A stretch of 39,387 nucleotides of DNA from positions 1 to 39,387 of IMG/VR virus record IMGVR_UViG_3300016474_000294; one strand, 5' to 3'. Position 1 is the first letter of the stretch; each line of letters begins with the position of its first letter. This document shows, piece after piece, positions 23,483 to 30,177 of this stretch. The DNA comes from a virus. The notes under the pieces were generated by a model. It was given only the letters and a program-made list of their open reading frames with translations, was not told the DNA's origin and did not search any database. Both the position numbers and the translations under genes were made by a program.

Positions 23483-25225
23483 ATGACTGTCTCCACGACC
23501 ACCAGCAGGGCCGACTACACCGGAAACGGCATCACGACCACATTTGCGGTGCCGTTTTACTTTCTCGACAACAGCCATCTGATTGTCTACCAGACGCAGA
23601 TCAGCACGGGCGTCATCACGACGTTGGCGATCACCACCGACTACACGGTGTCGGGCGCGGGCAGTCCGTCTGGCGGCAGCATTACTTGCGTGCTTCCGCC
23701 AACGTCGAATTACCGGATCAGCATTCTGCGGAATGTGCCGCTCACGCAACTTACCAACTACGTCGAGAACGATCCTTTCCCTGCCGAAAGCCATGAGCAA
23801 GCGCTCGACAAACTTACAATGCTGACGCAGCAGTTGGCCGAGGAAAACAATCGCGCGCTGACGTTGCCGCCTACCGCTACGGGCGCTTCAACCGAACTGC
23901 CCACGCCAGTTGGCGGGACCATCGTCGGTTGGAATGCCACTGCGACAGGACTTGTGAACTACGACGCGGATGCGTTGGCGTCTTTTGTGGCCTACGGCGA
24001 CACCAATGTGCAGACCGCAAGCGGCGATGGCGTTCAAACCTTTTTCACGCTGACCTCAAACCCTGTTTCGGTCAACAATCTTCAGGTTTATATCAGCGGA
24101 GTGAGGCAAGCGCCGGGTGTGGACTATTTTATAAGCGGTGGCATCTACCTCAATTTTTACACCGCGCCGCCCTCCGGCACCAACAACATTTTGATGGTGT
24201 GGCAGCAGGCACTTGCAATTGGGACTATTCCGGGCAGGTCTGTCACCGCCGACAAAATCGCGCTGCGCGCGATAACGCCCGCGCTTATGGCGAACAATGG
24301 GCTGGAGTTTGTCGGCAAGAACTGGCTGATCAACGGCGATATGCGGATTTCGCAGCGCGGCTCTGTCGCTGTTTCGCTAGGCGCTGGCGCAAATATTTAC
24401 GGCGGCCCAGATCGTTGGTTCGTCGGGGCCATAACTTCCGGCAACTCTTGTACCATTTCCCGCCAGACAACTGGCGTAGCGGGTATGCCGTATTGCGCTA
24501 GGGTTCAACGCGATCCGGCTACGTCGCAAACGGGCACTATCATTTTGGGCCAACAGCTTGAAACGCTCGAAGTCCAATCGTTGCAGGGTAAAAAGGTCGC
24601 TTTGACATTTTATGGGCGCACCGGACTATCGCCGTATCTGATTTTTGAGTGCGGGATGATCTTTGGCACGGGAACCAACCAATCCTCAGGTGATGGCATA
24701 CGAGGGCTTTGGACCGGGTATTCGATTCAGTTGAACTCAGAGCCGTTTGCGTTGGTGTCGTCGTTTAACCTGCAAGGGTTTTATTTCGACGTACCTTCAA
24801 ACGCCACTGAAGCGATTGTGTTCTTTCGGTACACGCCTTCGGGAACGGCAGGCGCAAGCGAATACTTCGACATCGCCAACACGCAATTGGAGGTTGTCGG
24901 TTCAAGCGGGATTTATACGCCGTTCAAAGAGCGCCCTTACGGAACGGAACTCGCTCTCTGTCAGCGCTACTACCAAAAATATACGTCAGCGCCGATTGGC
25001 CTTTCGGCCACGTCGTCTGGCTGCGGCGGTGGGTTTGTGTTTCCAGTCCAAATGCGGCAAGCGCCGGGCATTTCAGGCGGATCGTTCACGGCTGCAACCG
25101 GATCAAACGGAACTTTTGCGAACTCGACTGCAACCGCCGACAGCGTGGTCCTCTACAACTCTGCGGCAAACTGGACTCTCAACACAGTCATCTCCGCGAG
25201 CTTCATCGCAAGCGCAGAACTCTGA
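23483..25225 (+). CDS. Tail fibre
   Basis: The N-terminus ADYTGNGITTTFAVPFYFLDNSHLIVY is typical of podoviral fibre and particle-binding domains. The C-terminal half has lower GC. Confidence 0.75.
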   Translation: MTVSTTTSRADYTGNGITTTFAVPFYFLDNSHLIVYQTQISTGVITTLAITTDYTVSGAGSPSGGSITCVLPPTSNYRISILRNVPLTQLTNYVENDPFPAESHEQALDKLTMLTQQLAEENNRALTLPPTATGASTELPTPVGGTIVGWNATATGLVNYDADALASFVAYGDTNVQTASGDGVQTFFTLTSNPVSVNNLQVYISGVRQAPGVDYFISGGIYLNFYTAPPSGTNNILMVWQQALAIGTIPGRSVTADKIALRAITPALMANNGLEFVGKNWLINGDMRISQRGSVAVSLGAGANIYGGPDRWFVGAITSGNSCTISRQTTGVAGMPYCARVQRDPATSQTGTIILGQQLETLEVQSLQGKKVALTFYGRTGLSPYLIFECGMIFGTGTNQSSGDGIRGLWTGYSIQLNSEPFALVSSFNLQGFYFDVPSNATEAIVFFRYTPSGTAGASEYFDIANTQLEVVGSSGIYTPFKERPYGTELALCQRYYQKYTSAPIGLSATSSGCGGGFVFPVQMRQAPGISGGSFTAATGSNGTFANSTATADSVVLYNSAANWTLNTVISASFIASAEL

Positions 25226-25245
25226 TCGAAAGGCTGGGCTGATGT

Positions 25246-25872
25246 ATGACCACCAAAGTACAGACCGAACTTTTGGCCGCTGGCGCTGCTGCCGGCAACC
25301 TTGGCGCGGGGTCGATCACAACGACCATGCTGGCGACGGACGCGGTGACGACCGCCAAACTTCTGAACGCCAACGTCACCCCGGCCAAGCTTAGTCAGCC
25401 GTTGACGCAGGGCGCTACGCTGGCGACGACTTCCGGCACCGAGAAAGACTTCGCCATTCCGGCTTGGGCAAAGCGCATCCGCATGATGTTGAGCGGCGTC
25501 AGCCTGTCGGGCACAGCGCTCATTCGGTTTCGACTAGGCACGTCTGGCGGCATCGTCACGTCAGGCTACCTTGGCGCGGGTTCGGTGATTAGCAGCGGTG
25601 CGGCCTCGGCCAATCAAACGGCGGGGTTTGACATCTACACCAACGTGCCAAGTGCCGCATACGTCTATCACGGAGCGATCGATTTCACGCAACTGGACGC
25701 AACGAACAACATTTGGACGGCGCATGGCGTATTTGCCACCAGTTCGGTGGCTTGGACGCACACCACGGCCGGCGTGATTACGTTGTCCGGCGCGCTGACC
25801 ACAGTGCGGATCACCACCAGCAACGGCACCGACACCTTCGACGCGGGGTCGGTCAACATCATCTATGAGTGA
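25246..25872 (+). CDS. Second fibre-like / receptor-binding protein
   Basis: N-terminal fibre-like repeats (SITTTMLATDAVTTAKLLNANVTPAKL) followed by a beta-rich C-terminus. Confidence 0.55.
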   Translation: MTTKVQTELLAAGAAAGNLGAGSITTTMLATDAVTTAKLLNANVTPAKLSQPLTQGATLATTSGTEKDFAIPAWAKRIRMMLSGVSLSGTALIRFRLGTSGGIVTSGYLGAGSVISSGAASANQTAGFDIYTNVPSAAYVYHGAIDFTQLDATNNIWTAHGVFATSSVAWTHTTAGVITLSGALTTVRITTSNGTDTFDAGSVNIIYE

Positions 25873-25876
25873 CGCT

Positions 25877-26044
25877 ATGGCGCAGGTCAACGAAACGGAG
25901 GCGAAATTGAGCGTTCACGAAGCTGTCTGCGCAGAGCGCTACGCGGGCATCAACGCACGCTTAAAGCGGTTGGAGACGATTATGATCGGCTCGGCCGGTG
26001 CCATCATTCTGATGCTGTTGGGCTTGGTGTTAAAGGTTCACTGA
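25877..26044 (+). CDS. 55-aa tail-anchored membrane protein (not in the ORF track)
   Basis: Hand translation gives MAQVNETEAKLSVHEAVCAERYAGINARLKRLETIMIGSAGAIILMLLGLVLKVH, with one C-terminal TM. Confidence 0.5.
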   Translation: MAQVNETEAKLSVHEAVCAERYAGINARLKRLETIMIGSAGAIILMLLGLVLKVH

Positions 26045-26045
26045 C

Positions 26046-26543
26046 ATGGTTGAAATTGCAGTCGCACTTGCTGCTGCACAGGCTGCGGTTGCAGGCATCA
26101 AACAAGCCATTCAGGTAGGCAAGGACGCCAAAGATTGCTTGGGCGATTTTATGGCGTTGTTCGACGCGCAGGATCAGGTGCAGAAGGCCAGCACCGAAGA
26201 ACGCGCCAAGTTGCCGGACGAAAAACAAAAGAGCGCTATGTCCGAAGCGCTTGAGTCTGTCATCGCAGCGAAGAAGATTCGAGAGATGACAGAAGACCTG
26301 AAGCAGCACCTGATTTGGTCGGGCCAGTCCGATGTTTGGGATGAAATTCAGCGCGAGCACAACGCTGTCATCCAGCGGCGCAAGGCCGCTGAGATCGCCG
26401 CTAAGAAAAAGGCCGAAGAAGAGGCGGCGCTGAGAATCAAGCAACGCAAAGAGCGCATGCTTATTGCCACGGTGCTGGGGATCGGTGGCATCATCCTTTA
26501 TCACCTTGTCAGCTACATTATCGACGCGTGGCCGGGGCGATGA
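26046..26543 (+). CDS. Coiled-coil protein with a C-terminal TM anchor (165 aa)
   Basis: Charged helical middle, C-terminal MLIATVLGIGGIILYHLVSYII, and a mildly hydrophobic N-terminus. Confidence 0.6.
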   Translation: MVEIAVALAAAQAAVAGIKQAIQVGKDAKDCLGDFMALFDAQDQVQKASTEERAKLPDEKQKSAMSEALESVIAAKKIREMTEDLKQHLIWSGQSDVWDEIQREHNAVIQRRKAAEIAAKKKAEEEAALRIKQRKERMLIATVLGIGGIILYHLVSYIIDAWPGR

Positions 26544-26611
26544 AATACCTCGCACTGTTCATTCTGCTGATGGTTTTGATGATGCTCACTTTGGCGGGAG
26601 CGGCGAAATGA
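26540..26611 (+). CDS. Possible 23-aa hydrophobic peptide MKYLALFILLMVLMMLTLAGAAK
   Basis: ATGA overlaps at both ends bridge the neighbouring genes. Very short, so weakly supported. Confidence 0.2.
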   Translation: MKYLALFILLMVLMMLTLAGAAK

Positions 26612-26901
26612 GAATGACCACCGAAGAGATTGAGGTCCGAGTGTGGGCTGCGATCCTGCTGACGCTGGCCGCGATCTTGATGATCAGCGTTATCGCCATC
26701 ATCGGTGGCGTGCTGTTCGTGGAACAGGACAAAGAAAAAATCGCGCCGATCGACCAAGCCTTCTTGGCGATTCTCAAAGACGTGATGCTGCTCTGCATTG
26801 GCGCGGTGGGCGGAATCGCCGGCCGCAAAGGCGCATACGCTGCGGCCAACATGATTTCAAAGAAAGGGGATGACGATGCTACCGCTCGGCCCACTGCTTG
26901 A
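26608..26901 (+). CDS. Two-TM membrane protein (97 aa)
   Basis: MRMTTEEIEVRVWAAILLTLAAILMISVIAIIGGVLF...VMLLCIGAVGGIAG. GGGAG lies 8 nt upstream. The ORF-track start 26464 is rejected. Confidence 0.55.
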   Translation: MRMTTEEIEVRVWAAILLTLAAILMISVIAIIGGVLFVEQDKEKIAPIDQAFLAILKDVMLLCIGAVGGIAGRKGAYAAANMISKKGDDDATARPTA

Positions 26902-27286
26902 GATCGGCGGGAAGCTTCTCGACAAGGTCATCCCTGACCCGGAAGCCAAGGCGCGTGCTCAATACGAATTGCAGCAACTGGCGCAGAACGGCGAGTTGGC
27001 CAAGATGGCCAACGAGACAAAGCTGTTTGAAGCCGAGCAGGCCAACGTCAGCGATCGCTGGAAGGCGGACATGGGAAGCGACTCATGGCTTTCCAAAAAC
27101 ATTCGCCCCATGACGCTGGTCTACATCCTCACCGCCTATCTGGCGCTGGCCATCCTTGATGGTTTGAAGTTCCACGTTGCCGAAGCCTACGTCACGTTGC
27201 TTGGGCAGTGGGGGATGCTGGTGATGGGCGCTTATTTCGGCGGCCGCACTGTTGAGAAAATCGCATCGGTGATGAGGAAGGACTGA
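26870..27286 (+). CDS. Holin (GTA-type 3-TM holin family-like)
   Basis: The N-terminus LLDKVIPDPEAKARAQYELQQLAQNGEL followed by TM segments resembles PF11351-type holins. Lies directly upstream of the endolysin. Confidence 0.65.
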   Translation: MTMLPLGPLLEIGGKLLDKVIPDPEAKARAQYELQQLAQNGELAKMANETKLFEAEQANVSDRWKADMGSDSWLSKNIRPMTLVYILTAYLALAILDGLKFHVAEAYVTLLGQWGMLVMGAYFGGRTVEKIASVMRKD

Positions 27287-27810
27287 TGAGACAGAACTGG
27301 CACAACGCATTCGAGCACGTCATCAAATCAGAGGGTGGCTACGTCAACGACCCGCACGACAAAGGTGGCGAGACTAACTTGGGGGTGACCAAGAAAGCGT
27401 GGGCGGCGTATCTCGGCCGCGAGATCGAGGACGGCGAGATGCGGGCGCTGACCAAGGAAGCGGTGCAGCCCTTCTACAAGGAAATGTACTGGGATCGCGT
27501 GCGTGGCGACGATTTGCCCAACGGGGTCGACTATGCGGTGTTCGACTTTGCGGTCAACGCCGGCCCGGGACGCGCCGCGAAGTTCTTGCAAGAAGCGGTT
27601 GGTGTGTCCGCTGACGGCGTGATCGGCCCGGGCACGCTGGCCGCGGTCAAGCAGGCCGATCCGGAAGAACTGCTCAAAGCGTTCAGCCACGCCAAGTCAG
27701 CGTTTTACCATCGGCTCGCCGACAAGGACGCCTCGCAGCAGCGGTTTCTCAAAGGCTGGCTCAACCGCGTAGCCGAGGTCGAACACACCGCTTCGACCAT
27801 GCTCGCATAA
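27286..27810 (+). CDS. Endolysin, glycoside hydrolase family 108 plus PG_binding_3
   Basis: EGGYVNDPHDKGGETNLGVT motif and DGVIGPGTL peptidoglycan-binding motif. Confidence 0.85.
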   Translation: MRQNWHNAFEHVIKSEGGYVNDPHDKGGETNLGVTKKAWAAYLGREIEDGEMRALTKEAVQPFYKEMYWDRVRGDDLPNGVDYAVFDFAVNAGPGRAAKFLQEAVGVSADGVIGPGTLAAVKQADPEELLKAFSHAKSAFYHRLADKDASQQRFLKGWLNRVAEVEHTASTMLA

Positions 27811-27822
27811 TCGGGGAACCTC

Positions 27823-28407
27823 ATGGCGATCACGCTCAAACCGCACTCGAACGAATCTGTGCCCGCCGTAAGGTTGGCGCAGTTCGACAACTCGGGCGCG
27901 TTGCAAGACATCGGTTCCAGTTACCCGCTCATCACCATTGCTGTCGAACACGCACGCATTCACGAAGGCCGGCTGTTCACGGGCGGCAAGATGTGGGACT
28001 CGACAGCCAAGGTGGCTTCAGGATCGACGGTCGATCTGCTCATCACCACCTCCGCGTCCAAGCGGCCGCATTTCATCGTCGATGTGGAAAGCGGTGGCGA
28101 CGCCGAAATCTACGTCTACGAAAACACGACGGCCACAGGCGGCACGACTTGCACGATGGTAAATCGAAACCGCAACTCGGCCATTACTTGTGAAACCGTT
28201 GTCGTTCATACGCCAACCGTCACGTCGGTCGGAACTCTGATCGACAGTTCGCTGCTGGCGGGCGGTGGTGGAAAGAAATCCTCGGGAGGCGCTGGCGGCT
28301 TCGGCGGCGAATTCGTCACCGCTTACAGCACCGCATACCTTGTCCGCGTAAAAAACACTTCAGGCGCATCGCAACCGATCAACATCGTTGCGTGGCTCTA
28401 CGAATAA
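27823..28407 (+). CDS. Orphan beta-rich protein with a Gly-rich loop (194 aa), function unknown
   Basis: ORF with a GGGGAA RBS. Contains HARIHEG and GGGGKKSSGGAGGFGG segments; I recognise no family. Confidence 0.65.
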   Translation: MAITLKPHSNESVPAVRLAQFDNSGALQDIGSSYPLITIAVEHARIHEGRLFTGGKMWDSTAKVASGSTVDLLITTSASKRPHFIVDVESGGDAEIYVYENTTATGGTTCTMVNRNRNSAITCETVVVHTPTVTSVGTLIDSSLLAGGGGKKSSGGAGGFGGEFVTAYSTAYLVRVKNTSGASQPINIVAWLYE

Positions 28408-28415
28408 GGACGACC

Positions 28416-28574
28416 ATGCCCAGCAAATCCGCCAAGCAACACCGGCTCATGCAAGCCGTGGCGCACAATCCGGTCTTCGCCAAAAAGGTCGGCATTCCAG
28501 TCAGCGTCGGCAAAGAGTTCACCGCCGCTGACAAGAAGGCCGGCAAATACCAGCAATCGAGCAAATTGCGTTAG
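28416..28574 (+). CDS. DUF3008-like small basic protein (52 aa)
   Basis: The MPSKSAKQHRLMQAVAHNP N-terminus is typical of DUF3008. AAGGA RBS before ATG 28416. Confidence 0.6.
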   Translation: MPSKSAKQHRLMQAVAHNPVFAKKVGIPVSVGKEFTAADKKAGKYQQSSKLR

Positions 28575-28580
28575 CACCAA

Positions 28581-29720
28581 TTACCTTGCAGCCGCCTTTG
28601 TCCCGGCTTCGGCCGGGACTTTTTTCATGGCCGCCACGATGCGGTCAGCGGCCATCGTAGCGGCCGAGTGCGCCGCTTCCTCCACCAGATGGGCGTAGCG
28701 CTTGGTCGTCTGCGTCGATTTGTGACCGAGCAGTTCACCGATCTGTGCGAGCGACAGCCCAGCGCCAATCGCGGCTGAGGCAAACGAATGCCGCAGATCG
28801 TGCATCCGTAGATCGGGGCAGCCGGCTTCCTCGCGGATGCGCTCCCACAGCTTCTGCGGCGTCAGGATGCCTGTGATGGTGCCCGAGGTGCGCGGCAGTC
28901 GATCGATCACGTCCATGGCCGCAGGCGGCAGGTAGATGTGGCGATCGTCGCCCGTGTGGTCGGTCTTGTGCTCGCCCAGCACCAGCCGGTTGCCTTGGAG
29001 ATCGGACCATGTGGCCTTGGCGATCTCGCCTTTGCGCGCTCCGGTCAGGATCAGGAGGTAAAGAAAGGCCACGCTGGCAGGGTTGTCAGCGGCTTCATTG
29101 TGCAGGATTTCGGCGATCTTCGCAGCCTCTTCGCCCTTCATATAGCGCTTGCGCTTGCGCTCGGGGTTGCGGTCCACGCCTTCCACCGGGTTGCGCTCGA
29201 TCCAGTTGAGCTTGGCTTTGGCGAGGTTGAACATGGTCGAGAGCGTGGCAAGCACGCGGTTGGCCTCGGTGGGCGTGTCGGCCATGGCCCGGTGCATATC
29301 GTCGACCATCTGATAGGTCACGTCCTTGACTTTGACGCGGCCGAAGCGCGGCTCGATGTGCAGCCGCCAATGGCGTCGATCGTTTATGGCGGACTTCTTC
29401 TTGGCCAGATGGCGCTTCTCATACTCCAGCCACAGGTCGGCCATGGTGGGTTCAGCCCGGGCTTCAGCGCGCTCGCCGGCCGGATCGCCACCGGCCGCCA
29501 CGTCGACCAGCATCTGCTGGGCGATCTTGCGGGCCTGCGCCAGTGTGATCGATCCGTGGTCGCCGATCTTGGGCTTGCGCTGCCCGCCGGTCTTCGGGCG
29601 GTAGAAGAGGTAGAAACTGCGACGGCTATCGAAGACCCGCAGGTGCAGCCCCTTGATGGTCGCGTCCCACAGGGTCGCGCCCACCGGCGCGGTCTTGATG
29701 TTGCGTTCGTTCAGTTCCAT
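28581..29720 (-). CDS. int: Tyrosine integrase, P4-like (DUF4102-type N-terminus)
   Basis: TGARKGE (Arg), HDLRHSF and LGHKSTQTTKRYAHL (catalytic Tyr). Likely ATG at 29720 (GGAG 6 nt upstream). The ORF-track start is 29741. Confidence 0.9.
   Translation of the reverse strand: MELNERNIKTAPVGATLWDATIKGLHLRVFDSRRSFYLFYRPKTGGQRKPKIGDHGSITLAQARKIAQQMLVDVAAGGDPAGERAEARAEPTMADLWLEYEKRHLAKKKSAINDRRHWRLHIEPRFGRVKVKDVTYQMVDDMHRAMADTPTEANRVLATLSTMFNLAKAKLNWIERNPVEGVDRNPERKRKRYMKGEEAAKIAEILHNEAADNPASVAFLYLLILTGARKGEIAKATWSDLQGNRLVLGEHKTDHTGDDRHIYLPPAAMDVIDRLPRTSGTITGILTPQKLWERIREEAGCPDLRMHDLRHSFASAAIGAGLSLAQIGELLGHKSTQTTKRYAHLVEEAAHSAATMAADRIVAAMKKVPAEAGTKAAAR
28600..28625 (+). terminator. Intrinsic terminator of the late operon, embedded in the 3' end of int
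   Basis: GTCCCGGC-ttcg-GCCGGGAC followed by TTTTTT. Confidence 0.75.
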
Positions 29721-29730
29721 CACCGTCTCC

Positions 29731-29751
29731 GCTGGAAGCACACTGGAAGCA
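29731..29751 (+). repeat. attP P-arm: GCTGGAAGCA-C-ACTGGAAGCA (two CTGGAAGCA arm-type sites)
   Basis: A near-identical 21-mer recurs at 29941-29961 on the other side of the core. Confidence 0.8.
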
Positions 29752-29759
29752 ATCGTCAG

Positions 29760-29788
29760 AGAATTGCAGTTTGCTGCCGTGATCGCAA
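29760..29788 (-). promoter_or_regulatory. Candidate int promoter TTGCGA-17-AATTCT
   Basis: On the minus strand the -35 is at 29783-29788 and the -10 at 29760-29765. The arm sites lie between the -10 and the int start. Confidence 0.35.
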
Positions 29789-29790
29789 GT

Positions 29791-29810
29791 CACTGATCTC
29801 ATTATCAGTG
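29791..29810. repeat. Inverted repeat CACTGAT-N6-ATCAGTG in the attP P arm
   Basis: Read directly from the sequence. Confidence 0.7.
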
Positions 29811-29844
29811 ATGATCTGCGGTGATGTCAAATGATTCCACTTTG

Positions 29845-29894
29845 ACCGACTGTTAATCGCTAGGTCGTAGGTTCGAGTCCTACTCGGGGAGCCA
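29845..29894 (+). other. attP core: 3' 50 nt of a tRNA-Asn(GTT) gene (anticodon stem to CCA)
   Basis: Anticodon loop CTGTTAA (GTT at 29852-29854), variable AGGTC, T arm GTAGG-TTCGAGT-CCTAC, acceptor TCGGGGA-G-CCA. No 5' half is present. Confidence 0.8.
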
Positions 29895-29940
29895 ACAAAT
29901 CCAACAACTTACGCAAGACCAGCCGGGAGCGGAAAAAACC

Positions 29941-29961
29941 GCTGGAAGCAAACTGGAAGCA
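29941..29961 (+). repeat. attP P'-arm: GCTGGAAGCA-A-ACTGGAAGCA
   Basis: Matches 29731-29751 at 20 of 21 positions, in the same orientation. Confidence 0.8.
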
Positions 29962-29974
29962 GCGGCAGAGGGCG

Positions 29975-30163
29975 TCACGCCACCCTCTGCGACGTGCTGG
30001 CGCGAAGCTGGCGCTGCTCGTAAGCCTCGATCTCGGACAGCGGGTAAAGCACTTTGCGGCCGATCTTGACGAAGCGCGGGCCTGCGCCCTGAACGCGCCA
30101 GTTCGACAGCGTGCCGATGCTGGTGCGCAGTCGATCGGCGGCTTCCTTGGGGGTGAGGTGCAT
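29975..30163 (-). CDS. xis: Excisionase / AlpA-type HTH protein
   Basis: LTPKEAADRLRTSIGTLSNWRVQGAGPRFVKIGRKVLY is typical of the HTH_17/excisionase family. ATG 30163 has GGAG 6 nt upstream. Confidence 0.75.
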   Translation of the reverse strand: MHLTPKEAADRLRTSIGTLSNWRVQGAGPRFVKIGRKVLYPLSEIEAYEQRQLRASTSQRVA

Positions 30164-30177
30164 AGGGTTCTCCATAG

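Noticed and set aside
23483-25872. Diversity-generating retroelement near the fibre genes.
   Set aside because: There is no reverse-transcriptase ORF anywhere in the window. I saw no repeat pair of about 100-130 bp with adenine-specific differences.
29845-29894. Possible complete tRNA gene.
   Set aside because: Only the 3' part, from the anticodon stem to CCA, is present. No D arm or 5' acceptor strand lies upstream, so it is interpreted as the attP core rather than a phage tRNA.
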